Virus record (IMG/VR): IMGVR_UViG_3300027603_000002 | Location: 1 to 25,077 of that record | Reading direction: 5' to 3' (one strand) | Source of the DNA: a virus | Lineage: Duplodnaviria > Caudoviricetes | Length of the DNA stretch: 25,077 nucleotides | In this document: positions 1-8,551 of the stretch, one piece after another | Numbering within the stretch: position 1 is the first letter of the stretch | Layout of the letters: every line of letters starts with the position of its first letter | Notes under the pieces: model-generated | The model's database searches: none | What the model was told of the DNA's origin: nothing | The model's input: only the letters and a program-made list of their open reading frames with translations | Program-made: the position numbers and the translations under genes

Positions 1-82
1 GTCGGAGTCATCCTCATCGTCGTCGTCTTCATCCCCATCATCGTCATCGTCGGAGTCATCCTCATCGTCGTCGTCTTCATCC
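1..82. repeat. 34-bp direct repeat (period 48) within acidic-tail coding sequence
   Basis: gtcggagtcatcctcatcgtcgtcgtcttcatcc occurs at 1-34 and 49-82. Confidence 0.9.
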
Positions 83-1269
83 TTGGGGGCGGCTTTCTTG
101 GATGATTTCTTCGCGGGCTTTTCGTCCTCTTCATCCTCTTCGTCGACCAATCCGGCCTCCACTTCGTTGGGGTTCACCCCCATGTGCTTCTTGCCGTTTT
201 CGTCCTCCAGCGTCAGGCTGGTGCCGTCCCCGGAGACCTTGAGGATTTCGCACTCCATGCCGTCGTACTCCACCTCCATGCCGACCTTGAGCCCCAGCTC
301 CTTGGCGGTCTTTTCCTTTTTGCCGTTGGCATGGGGCTTCTTCTTGGCGGCGGGCTTTTCCTCCTCTTCGTCGTCCTCGTCCTCCATTTCGGGATCTTCG
401 TCCTCTTCATTATCCTCCTCTTCTTCCTCCGCTTTGGCCTTTTTCTTTCCCTTGGTCTGTGGGGATTCTTCATCGTCATCCTCATCGTCGTCCTCGTCCG
501 GGTCTTGGGCTTTTCCCCTGGCCTTGCCGTTGGTAGTGGCCTCCTCTTCGTCTCCGGTCCCCTCTAACAGGGCCATCAATTCCTTGTAATTTGGCTCGAT
601 CAGGCAGTCGTCCAGTACCACGGCCTTGTCGATGATCGATTCGTCATACTGCTCGTCGCGGGGCACGATATCCACCCGGGCAATGGCGAACTTCCCAAAC
701 CCCGATTTGTTGTCCTTGGTGGTCAATTGCACCGTCATGCCCTCCTCGGGCTCGAAGACGCAGTTGTACTTTTTGTGGACTCGGATCGCGTCCTTGAACA
801 TTTCCCCGAAGGATTTCCAGTAGGGGGCGTCATAGACTTGGATCTCCTTCTTGGGGTCGTCCAGGTCAATCACGTTCCACAGCTGGCGGAGCTTGATTTT
901 CAATTGCTCCAACAGCTTGGGGTCTGCGTCCCTATTCCTCATCACCCAATCGCAGACGGCACAGCGCTTCTTGAAGGTGGAAGCCGAGCAGACGTACAGC
1001 TTGGATTTGCCGTCCATTCCAGGAACCCAGTGGGCGTAATAGGTCCGCTCCGGGTGCTGGAATCCGGGGTCGGCTTGCGGATTGCCTTCCCCCACGTTGT
1101 AAGGGATAAAGTCCAGCCGGTAGGTCCCTGCACGCTTGATCTGAAAGAACTTGACCCCCTCGGGTAGCTTGATCCCCGTGGGGTCGAAGCCGGCCTCCTG
1201 CTTGTCGGCCCATTCGGCTGCCGATGTCCGCCGGGCTTTCTGCTTTTCCTTTTCCCGTCGCGTAGCCAT
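1..1269 (-). CDS. T4 gp32-like single-stranded DNA-binding protein with long acidic C-terminal region (3' end outside window)
   Basis: Absent from the ORF track because it has no stop in the window. Manual translation from ATG 1269 gives MATRREKEKQK...RLDFIPY...ERTYYAHW...LYVCSASTFKKRCAVCDW...LWNVIDLD, an H/C/CxxC zinc motif typical of gp32-like SSBs, followed by D/E tracts. It lies next to UvsY-like and clamp-loader genes. Confidence 0.75.
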   Translation of the reverse strand, partial: MATRREKEKQKARRTSAAEWADKQEAGFDPTGIKLPEGVKFFQIKRAGTYRLDFIPYNVGEGNPQADPGFQHPERTYYAHWVPGMDGKSKLYVCSASTFKKRCAVCDWVMRNRDADPKLLEQLKIKLRQLWNVIDLDDPKKEIQVYDAPYWKSFGEMFKDAIRVHKKYNCVFEPEEGMTVQLTTKDNKSGFGKFAIARVDIVPRDEQYDESIIDKAVVLDDCLIEPNYKELMALLEGTGDEEEATTNGKARGKAQDPDEDDDEDDDEESPQTKGKKKAKAEEEEEDNEEDEDPEMEDEDDEEEEKPAAKKKPHANGKKEKTAKELGLKVGMEVEYDGMECEILKVSGDGTSLTLEDENGKKHMGVNPNEVEAGLVDEEDEEDEKPAKKSSKKAAPKDEDDDDEDDSDDDDDGDEDDDDEDDSD

Positions 1270-1312
1270 AATTTTCGTCCCTTTCGTTTGAGTAAAGAAA
1301 TACTTCATCCCT

Positions 1313-1543
1313 TCAATTCGTCTTTCCATGTTTCTTCTCGTAGTTCTTAAAAGCCTCCTCCCAAGTATCGCCCCAGCCCGCTTTCATGGTGGTTGCTTTG
1401 AATATTTTAGGAACAAACCATCGATTCAAAGGAAATGCCATCCCCACGGCCTTCATACACTTTGTTCCGTCATCCAAGGAAGCGGCAAAACCACTATTTC
1501 CAAACAGGCTTTTCGCCCTGGCTGCGGCTTGTTGTGCGGTCAC
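1313..1543 (-). CDS. hypothetical protein (~76 aa)
   Basis: 3' part of ORF 1313..1828. GTG at 1543 is preceded by AAAGGAAA and overlaps the end of the UvsY-like gene. Confidence 0.5.
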   Translation of the reverse strand: MTAQQAAARAKSLFGNSGFAASLDDGTKCMKAVGMAFPLNRWFVPKIFKATTMKAGWGDTWEEAFKNYEKKHGKTN

Positions 1544-2030
1544 TGTTGTTTCCTTTCTTTTTCTTGCCCCCGAATGCCGCTTCCCGCTCCATCTTGCCGA
1601 TCCTTTCCCGGTCCACCTTGGGGGCGACAGGGGCGGCGAAATAGTCCCGTGCCTGCAATTGCACCAGGTTCTCCAGGGCCTTTTTGCGATGGTCCAGGGC
1701 GTTGACCCCGGCTTCCAAAACGTCGACCTGGTGCTTGGCGTCGATGTAATCTTGCTGGGCTTCCTTGTACTTCTTTTGGACGATGACCATTGAGCCGATG
1801 CTGCTTTCGGTGGTCTTTTCCAGGCCAAAATCCTCCGGCCTTTTCCTGACCGCCAGGGAAAGCTCCGCCTCCACCAGCTCGAATTGCGCTTTGGCCTGTG
1901 CCATGTCTCTTCTGGCGTCGGCCAGCTTTTCGGCCATTTCCCGGAAGGCCCGGGGCTGTTCGATCCATTCGTCGTCCAGCCGGTGCTTGTCCAGGTCGAA
2001 AAGGTCGAAGTCTTCGCCGTTGTCTTTCAT
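1494..2030 (-). CDS. UvsY-like recombination mediator / coiled-coil protein
   Basis: LDKHRLDDEWIEQP...TESSI...ALDHRKKALENLVQL pattern; strong RBS GAGGAGG before ATG 2030. The frame is open upstream to 2141. Confidence 0.65.
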   Translation of the reverse strand: MKDNGEDFDLFDLDKHRLDDEWIEQPRAFREMAEKLADARRDMAQAKAQFELVEAELSLAVRKRPEDFGLEKTTESSIGSMVIVQKKYKEAQQDYIDAKHQVDVLEAGVNALDHRKKALENLVQLQARDYFAAPVAPKVDRERIGKMEREAAFGGKKKKGNNSDRTTSRSQGEKPVWK

Positions 2031-2143
2031 GCTTTCCTCCTCGCAGTATTGACAAGATCCATACTTCCCACAATCTCCAGTGACATGGGCGGTATAAGCC
2101 GCCATAATTGTTTCGTCCAGATAATCAGCAGCGTCGCCCATTT

Positions 2144-2374
2144 TCAGATACCTTGAAACGGTTCTTCCTGATCCATTTGAAACCCTTCAAATTCCTTTTG
2201 GCACTCCTCGCAGTCATCGTTGTAGTCGGTATGGAATGGCCCCGGCATTCCGTTCATGGATTCGTGGGCAATGCACAAACCATGGCACATTGGCCAGCTC
2301 ATTCCGCAAAGCGGGCAATCGGTATCGATGGACATGCCCTCCGTCAATTCATGGAAATCTTTTTTGGTAGCCAT
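2144..2374 (-). CDS. small Cys-rich hypothetical protein
   Basis: 76 aa with CxxC motifs; RBS AAGGAGG; lies downstream of a TTCCGATAAT motif. Confidence 0.7.
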   Translation of the reverse strand: MATKKDFHELTEGMSIDTDCPLCGMSWPMCHGLCIAHESMNGMPGPFHTDYNDDCEECQKEFEGFQMDQEEPFQGI

Positions 2375-2394
2375 TACCGTTCCTCCTTTCCTTT

Positions 2395-2404
2395 ATTATC
2401 GGAA
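2395..2404 (-). promoter_or_regulatory. conserved TTCCGATAAT motif, copy 1 (putative phage promoter -10)
   Basis: Exact 10-mer, intergenic, immediately before the RBS of 2144..2374. Confidence 0.7.
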
Positions 2405-2416
2405 TGGGGCAAAAGA

Positions 2417-3349
2417 TCATTTTTGCCGGTTCACTTCATAGCAGGCCCGAACCAATCCCGCCGCCCCGGAATCATAGAAATGCCCCTCAAAGCTGACTAT
2501 CAATTCGTAGGCCCTTCCCGCCATCGGCCCGCCGTTCAGTAGAACCGCTCTGGCATAGCCTAGAATCTGCCTTCTTACCGTCTCCGGCTCGTCCTCAATT
2601 TCCTTCAAAACCTTGGCGACCTCCCCCCATTTTGTCCGGGGCTCCAAAAGCAGCTTGGCGATAAAGTGGGCTTGCTTGCGGGAATCGGAATTGACTATCG
2701 CCTCCCTCCTCTTGGAAGCGTCTTCCAGGCTCAAGACCTTGTCCAGGGTCACCAGGGCTTGGCGGGCAGAGCCGTCGGCGGATTCGACCAAAAGATCGAT
2801 CAAGTCGGTTGGCAATTCCGCTTTTTCCTTGAGGAGGATATCAGCAACCAATTCCTTCAACGTTTCAGGCTTGAGCAGGCTCAATTTCAAATGAAGGCAG
2901 CGGGTATGGATGGCCTTTATGACTTTAGTGGGGTCGGTGGTGGCCAGGATGAAATAGACATGACTCGGGGTATCCTCCAAAATTCCCAGCATGGCTTGTT
3001 GCGCGAAGCCTGCCCTCGACAAGCTCTGGATTTCCTCCCAAAACCATATCCGGCATTTGCCGTCAATGGGGGCACTGCCCATGCGTTGCTTGACATTCCG
3101 CACGGTTTCAATGGCACCGTCCACCACGGCGCAATTGACTTCGTTGTAGTCGCTTTTCGAGCAGCCAAGCCTCTTGCGGAGGATTCTGGCCAACGTTGTT
3201 TTGCCCGTGCCTGAGGGGCCGCTAAGCATAAGGGAGTGGGGCATTTTCCCGGCCTTCAATTTCCCTTCCAGGGTCCTCACTGCTTCATCTTGGCCTAGAA
3301 CCCCGGAAAGGTCCTTGGGCCGATAGCGTTTGTAAAGCTCTTGTGTCAT
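2417..3349 (-). CDS. dnaX: clamp loader AAA+ ATPase (DnaX gamma/tau / RFC-like)
   Basis: LYKRYRP...VLGQ N-terminus, Walker A GPSGTGKTT, degenerate Walker B FWEE, LEDTP, TRC arginine finger, GSARQA sensor 2. Confidence 0.9.
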   Translation of the reverse strand: MTQELYKRYRPKDLSGVLGQDEAVRTLEGKLKAGKMPHSLMLSGPSGTGKTTLARILRKRLGCSKSDYNEVNCAVVDGAIETVRNVKQRMGSAPIDGKCRIWFWEEIQSLSRAGFAQQAMLGILEDTPSHVYFILATTDPTKVIKAIHTRCLHLKLSLLKPETLKELVADILLKEKAELPTDLIDLLVESADGSARQALVTLDKVLSLEDASKRREAIVNSDSRKQAHFIAKLLLEPRTKWGEVAKVLKEIEDEPETVRRQILGYARAVLLNGGPMAGRAYELIVSFEGHFYDSGAAGLVRACYEVNRQK

Positions 3350-4185
3350 GCTGATTCCTTTCTCTTCTGGTTTTTTCTGGGTGCTCCCGTCCGCTGGCGG
3401 TATCTGACAAAGAAAAGGCCGAGGCAGCCGGTGGACGGGAAGCCATATTTAACGATCAATTCTTTCATTGTCGCCCCCTCCAAAAATTCCTGGTAGATCG
3501 GGGCTATCCTTTTCAGCCATCTTTCCCTTTGCTTCTTGCGGCCATTGTAGATGCCCGCAATCCTGGCCTTTTTGAGAATGGCATTCTCGCAAAATCCCAT
3601 TTCCTCAGCCACCTCCTTACAGGTCTTTTCTCCGGCACTGATTGCCTGCAAATCGGCCTCGGATATTTGGACTCTCTTATGCCTGCGGAATTTTCCGGGC
3701 GACTTTGTATTCAGTCCGTTCCCGTACCGATTCAATATCTGCCTGACTCGCTCCCGAGAAATGCCGAATTGCTCCGCGACGATGCACTGGTTGCGGCAGG
3801 CCAGAAAGGCTTCGATGATTTCCCGGTTCCTGCCTATCTTTCTCTGGGATGATGGCTTGCGTTTTCTGCTTGGCAGACCATGTTCTGCCCGGTATCTTTT
3901 CAGCAATGAATAAAGGTAATTATCCTTTATTTTGTACTCAATAACCAAATCTTTGATGGGAACCCCTTCCATGTACTTGTTGTGAACCTCGGGAATCTTG
4001 CTGAGGAGAACACTGGTTTTCCTGGAAAGGAGTTCATTCAAATTCGACCCTTGTTTTAATCGCTTGAAATAGGACGCGACAGTGCCGATGGCGATTCCCA
4101 TTTCCCTGGCGATGTCTTTTATCTTGATTCTCTTTGGAAAGAATTCGTAAAGTTTCCTGATTTGCTCCTCTGTCAGATGCCTCAT
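3346..4185 (-). CDS. multi-HTH DNA-binding protein (sigma70 region-4-like HTH)
   Basis: IKDIAREMGIAIGTV, VAEQFGISRERVRQIL and CKEVAEEMGF HTH segments; very basic. Confidence 0.75.
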   Translation of the reverse strand: MRHLTEEQIRKLYEFFPKRIKIKDIAREMGIAIGTVASYFKRLKQGSNLNELLSRKTSVLLSKIPEVHNKYMEGVPIKDLVIEYKIKDNYLYSLLKRYRAEHGLPSRKRKPSSQRKIGRNREIIEAFLACRNQCIVAEQFGISRERVRQILNRYGNGLNTKSPGKFRRHKRVQISEADLQAISAGEKTCKEVAEEMGFCENAILKKARIAGIYNGRKKQRERWLKRIAPIYQEFLEGATMKELIVKYGFPSTGCLGLFFVRYRQRTGAPRKNQKRKESA

Positions 4186-4188
4186 TTT

Positions 4189-4245
4189 TTAGACTCCAAA
4201 GCCCTGAGAGGCTGCTTTTTGGTGCTTGAGCCGCAGCATGTTCTT
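4189..4245 (-). pseudogene. orphan duplicate of methyltransferase C-terminus (KNMLRLKHQKAASQGFGV*)
   Basis: Manual translation aligns with the MTase tail KNMHSLKYAKKHAQSSFKI. Confidence 0.55.
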
Positions 4246-4808
4246 TACCTATTATAAATATCCTTTTTACTTCTTTTTACAGGAATATAATTCTTGTCTA
4301 CCCAAGTTTTATTTCTAAGTATCAGTGAAATGGGGGTTTGTGTCAGACCGAATTTCTCCCCCAATTGCTTTTGGGAATGAACCCCAGATTTATACAATTC
4401 TCGGATCTTCTTGACATCGCTCCAGGTGATTTTTGCTGTATAGCATTGTTCCCCGGCAAAATAAGTCCCATGTCGTTTCTTGTCTTTTGCGTTTCTTTTC
4501 GGAGAAGACCAAACTAAATTTACTAATCTGTTATCCTCCGGCTTCCCATTTTTATGCCGGCATTCCATTCCTTTTGGGCAGGGACCTACGAATTCTTGAA
4601 GAACCACTCGATGGATTTTTATAGTATGATTTTTTCCATTCCTTCTTGGGGCTATCATTAGATAACCTTTTCTGTCTCGCAATGGGGTTAATTTTCTCCA
4701 GATCGAACCGATGCCCCCACGATGGCCAATTTTCAGACAACTCCATGCTGTCCCGTCATCTCCGATTTTGTAACCGGGAAAATCAGTAATCGGCTTAAAA
4801 ACAACCAT
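4245..4808 (-). CDS. NUMOD4-type HNH homing endonuclease with C-terminal HTH
   Basis: FKPITDFPGYKIGDDG (NUMOD4), HRVVLQEF...CRHKNGKPEDNRLVNL (HNH), SQKQLGEKFGLTQ (HTH); visibly AT-rich. Confidence 0.9.
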   Translation of the reverse strand: MVVFKPITDFPGYKIGDDGTAWSCLKIGHRGGIGSIWRKLTPLRDRKGYLMIAPRRNGKNHTIKIHRVVLQEFVGPCPKGMECRHKNGKPEDNRLVNLVWSSPKRNAKDKKRHGTYFAGEQCYTAKITWSDVKKIRELYKSGVHSQKQLGEKFGLTQTPISLILRNKTWVDKNYIPVKRSKKDIYNR

Positions 4809-4870
4809 ACCGTAAAACCTCCAATAAAATGGGATGCATTCAATTGAAGGTTAGTATATATGGATGGTTT

Positions 4871-5846
4871 TTAGTTTTCAATCTTGAAAGATGACTGAGC
4901 ATGTTTCTTTGCGTACTTCAAGGAATGCATGTTTTTTTTCATCTGTTTATAATAGGAAGATTTTAATTCCACCATTACGGCCTTTCTGTTCATTTTGACA
5001 GCAACATACCCGGAACTGCCAACCCCTCCAAACGGGTCTAGCACAATATCACCGGGAGCAGACCAAAGCGTTAGGCATCTTTCGATAGTTTGTAGTTGTA
5101 GGGGGACATATGTGCCTTTGGTCGTCGCTGTCCCTGCCCTTGCGGAAAGGAAGCACATGGGTCTGGTCGATATCGTCCCAGACGGGGCTCGCGTATTGCT
5201 GCCATATCCAGTGGGACCGCTTATTCGTCTTGGGGTCTTCCCACCCGGCAAACCTTTGCAGGTGCCGGGGGACCGGCCTGGTGCCGGCGTACTCCAATAA
5301 TCCTTTTGGGTGGGAAATCAGCTTGGGGTTGTCCCCCTTTTTTCTGAAAGCCAAAACAAAATCGGGGAACCCGGCACGGCACCAGCTTGAGTCCTTGACG
5401 ATTTGCTTGTGGGCCAGCCCCAAAGCCTTGGTGCGGGTGGCAGCAACCAACGGGTCCTTCCAGATGGTGATCCTTGGGCAGTGGTAGAGGAAATCGTACT
5501 TCTGAAATAGACGGATTATGTCGCCTGGGAAATCGGTGACGGCCATGAAGCCCACCTTGCTCTTGAACGTGGGCAAGTCGATGCAGTGAACGGCAACCAC
5601 CCGACCCGGCATCATGACCCTTTGCAATTGCTCCAGCAAAAAACCGAATTGAACGAAAAACTCCTCATAGGACTTGCAATTGCCGAAGTCCTCATCACTG
5701 TCGGAGTACGCGTATAAGTCAAAAAATGGAGGACTAAATATGGAGAAACCTACTACATTACTATCTATATCTTTAAGCACCTCAACACAATCATCATTAT
5801 ATATGGCGTATTTCTTAGTGATTAATTGACCTTTTACTTTAGCCAT
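4871..5846 (-). pseudogene. N4-cytosine/N6-adenine DNA methyltransferase (beta order), frameshifted at the C5 run 5101-5105
   Basis: ORF 5049..5846 carries SPPF (motif IV); ORF 4871..5251 carries PLQLQTIERC and VLDPFGGVGS (motif I). Removing one C restores HICPLQLQTIERC. Confidence 0.85.
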
Positions 5847-6772
5847 GTAGGTAGCTCCATTTCAATAAGAGGACTTTTCCCGTTAATCCGTCTGTAATAT
5901 TTTTCTGAGAATTTCTCTGACTGAAAAGCAACCATACACGGCTTGATAAACAACCGCTTTGTGTTACTCTTGCTGTGAACCCAATAATGACATTTCTCAC
6001 ATAACAGAACCAAATTACTTACTACGGAACGAAGAAACTCGCAATCAAATGGAGATATGTGATGGATGTCAAAAGGCACGGATCGATCATCATTTTTACA
6101 TTTACCACATCGTTGACAAGTTGCTTTGTCCCGTGCCCATACTTCCTTACACGCTTGCTTCCACTTTTCTGTTGAATAGAATTTTTGTCGTTCTGATGTT
6201 ATACCCCCTTTCCAATTAGGAGTATCTGCTCCCTTTCTGCCTTTCATATAAGATCCTACTTTTGGATCGAAAGGAACTCGTCCCGTTGCTATCGCCAACT
6301 TACTCATTCGTTCTTTCATTTCTTCCGAGTGGTGCCAACCCGTGCGAACATATACTGAATCCCAAGGTTCTCTCAAAGGTATTTTAAGCTGGTGAAACCA
6401 TCCAACTACTGTAGACGCACTACGATTAACTAATTTGGCAATTGCATAAGTCGATTTACGTTCTTTAACATATTTTTCAATCAACCATTCTCTGCTAACT
6501 GGTTTGAGTGTTTTGCATTTGGTTTTAACAAATTCACTAAATTCTTTGTTACCTCTTTGCCAGTCAGCCTTGCATCCGATGCAGCAAAATTTACTTTTTT
6601 GATATGCCTGACAATACTCCTCTCCACACTGTAAACAGGTTTTTTTTCTTGCCCTGTCAAAGCAAATAGAAGAACAATACCTAGTTGATTTAGGATGGGT
6701 GCTATTTCGGAACTTTCTTTTACAAAACCGACATTCCCGGATTGAATTGGAAGCTATAGAATTTCTGGACAT
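5834..6772 (-). CDS. HNH endonuclease with N-terminal zinc ribbons and NUMOD3-like motif
   Basis: CxxC...YCSxxC repeats, HHSEEMKERMS, NWKGG, CQRCG...DIHHI...NLVLLCEKCH; visibly AT-rich; RBS AAGGAG. Confidence 0.9.
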   Translation of the reverse strand: MSRNSIASNSIRECRFCKRKFRNSTHPKSTRYCSSICFDRARKKTCLQCGEEYCQAYQKSKFCCIGCKADWQRGNKEFSEFVKTKCKTLKPVSREWLIEKYVKERKSTYAIAKLVNRSASTVVGWFHQLKIPLREPWDSVYVRTGWHHSEEMKERMSKLAIATGRVPFDPKVGSYMKGRKGADTPNWKGGITSERQKFYSTEKWKQACKEVWARDKATCQRCGKCKNDDRSVPFDIHHISPFDCEFLRSVVSNLVLLCEKCHYWVHSKSNTKRLFIKPCMVAFQSEKFSEKYYRRINGKSPLIEMELPTWLK

Positions 6773-6808
6773 GGTCCTTGCTCCTTGTTAGCTAGGGTTG
6801 TGAGGATT

Positions 6809-6830
6809 GAGGGACGTTCCACCGTCCCTC
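6809..6830. promoter_or_regulatory. 8-bp stem hairpin in the leader of the HNH gene
   Basis: GAGGGACG-ttccac-CGTCCCTC perfect inverted repeat. Confidence 0.55.
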
Positions 6831-6890
6831 TTTCCGTTGATTCTAACAAAATTAGCAGGGTCTATCAATTCAAAAACCATTTGGTCTCTA

Positions 6891-8009
6891 TTACTTCAAC
6901 AGGCCAAATCCAATAGTTTCATTTTTAGAAGGTGTTCTGCTTTGCTTTTTATCCCTGACTGCTTTCATGTCTGGATTCCTCTTGAATGATTCCCCGCCAC
7001 TGTTCAACAATTGGATGTGCCTGGTCAGAATCTTTAGCCCTTCCCCGTGATCGAAAAAGGGAAATGACGCCAGCTTGTACCCCACCTCATATTCCGCCGG
7101 ACAATCCAGCGTGTTCCCGGCAAAGTAAATTTTTTTGACTGGCAGTACCTTATTGGCTTCCTGAAGAAAACGAATGTTGACCTTCATCCGTTCTTCCAAG
7201 GACGGAATGATTCCCGGCTCTTCGATGACCATCACTTCACTGTTTTTGCGATGATACCAATTTTCTCCTTCCGCTAATTTGTGCCCTCGCTCTACTTTGT
7301 AGTGATGAAACTTTCCTAAATTTACATTGCAAAGGGCAAGAAACTCCATCACGTCGGACTTGACCGTAGGCGAGATGTTGCTGAGGTGAAAGCCCCTTTT
7401 CGATTTCAGGGAGGAACGTGGGGAGACTGCCAGAACAAAGGGCTCTTGGCTAAAATCAAAGACCCCTTGGCGTTTCTTGGGAATGTAAATCAATCCCCAG
7501 CGGGCATCCGCTACCCAGGTAGAGGAGTCGACAGAATACCACGACCAGAGTTTCATCAGTGCAAACGAACTGACCCCAAAGCCGTGAATCCTCACCAGCG
7601 GCTGCTCGTGGTCGAACAGGTATTTCTTGATTTTGCTCAGGCTTTTGATGTTTTCCGTCACCGATCCCACCCCACCAACGCCGATGCAGGATGCCCCGTC
7701 AGCTAGATATTTTTCCAGCCACTTGACGTCTTCCCCTACCCTTTGGTGGAAGACCGGGAGGATTTTTTCCTTGGGCAGTTCTTTGGTCATCGTCTGGTAA
7801 TTACGCCAGCTTTTTTTGCATGCTTCCTCCACAGCGGTCTCGCCTGGGTTCTTTTGGCCGGGCGTTCCGGGAATCACGTCCAGGTTCACGTAATAGGAAG
7901 CGTCCGGGAACTTCTTGCAGAATCCGATGTACTCACCCAGATCGATGGACCGCCCCTTGTTCCAGACGGAATAGGCCCCGGAATCAATGATGATGCCCTT
8001 TGTCCTCAT
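6891..8009 (-). CDS. dpdA: DpdA-like DNA 7-deazaguanine transglycosylase (TGT fold)
   Basis: IIDSGAYS, NLDVIPG, LPVFH, IHGFG and YSVDSSTW motifs. ATG 8009 overlaps the upstream stop (ATGA). Precursor genes are in the same window. Confidence 0.8.
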   Translation of the reverse strand: MRTKGIIIDSGAYSVWNKGRSIDLGEYIGFCKKFPDASYYVNLDVIPGTPGQKNPGETAVEEACKKSWRNYQTMTKELPKEKILPVFHQRVGEDVKWLEKYLADGASCIGVGGVGSVTENIKSLSKIKKYLFDHEQPLVRIHGFGVSSFALMKLWSWYSVDSSTWVADARWGLIYIPKKRQGVFDFSQEPFVLAVSPRSSLKSKRGFHLSNISPTVKSDVMEFLALCNVNLGKFHHYKVERGHKLAEGENWYHRKNSEVMVIEEPGIIPSLEERMKVNIRFLQEANKVLPVKKIYFAGNTLDCPAEYEVGYKLASFPFFDHGEGLKILTRHIQLLNSGGESFKRNPDMKAVRDKKQSRTPSKNETIGFGLLK

Positions 8010-8551
8010 TTCTCCCCCGCTATAAGCCCGAAGCCCTTGCCCAGATTCTTCTTTGCGTGCCTCTTGTTGTCGGAATGGACCTTCTTTCTCTTCAGCTTTC
8101 CTTGCCGACGGAGATTGATTAGGTTCCGCCAGATACCGTATTCCACGTCCTTCCAGTCCGTTCTTCCGGGAACCCATGCATTCAACAACTCCTCACATAT
8201 TAAAAACATCTCCGTTGAATATGGTAGTTTTTCCGTTGGCAATGATTGGGCGTCATACAAGGCGATTAATTTTGGCAAGTATTCTTCCGGTACTTTCAAA
8301 TACGAAGGGGGCTTGCCTTTCATGGGTGGAAACCGCAGGCCCTTCATAGACATTTTATATCGGCATTTTCTCAGGTAAATTACCCGTTGGAATATCTCGG
8401 AATTGTCAACTTGTTGGCCAGTGGAATTTCGATATTCAGCAGCGTAGCTATCGAAGGACTGCGTATAGGCCCACTTTTCCGGGTCGCACTGGGGCATCAG
8501 CTTGGCGTTCTCGATCAGCCAGCGGTCATTCCACCTTACATCGTCCTTCAT
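8006..8551 (-). CDS. hypothetical protein with an internally duplicated helical domain
   Basis: Translationally coupled (ATGA) to both the helicase and dpdA; two related PEK..Y/TEK.PY ... LR[KR] segments. Confidence 0.75.
   Translation of the reverse strand: MKDDVRWNDRWLIENAKLMPQCDPEKWAYTQSFDSYAAEYRNSTGQQVDNSEIFQRVIYLRKCRYKMSMKGLRFPPMKGKPPSYLKVPEEYLPKLIALYDAQSLPTEKLPYSTEMFLICEELLNAWVPGRTDWKDVEYGIWRNLINLRRQGKLKRKKVHSDNKRHAKKNLGKGFGLIAGEK

Noticed and set aside
1-500. (TCG/TCA/TCC)n repeats as a CRISPR array or microsatellite
   Set aside because: They are Asp/Glu codon runs with no repeat-spacer structure.
83-1167. Plus-strand Ser-rich and Leu/Phe-rich ORFs
   Set aside because: They are antisense shadows of the acidic SSB gene on the minus strand.
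4245-4930. Group I intron carrying the HNH gene within the MTase
   Set aside because: There are only about 60 non-coding nt upstream of the HNH and none downstream, too little for a ribozyme core. The MTase also has its own stop before the HNH.
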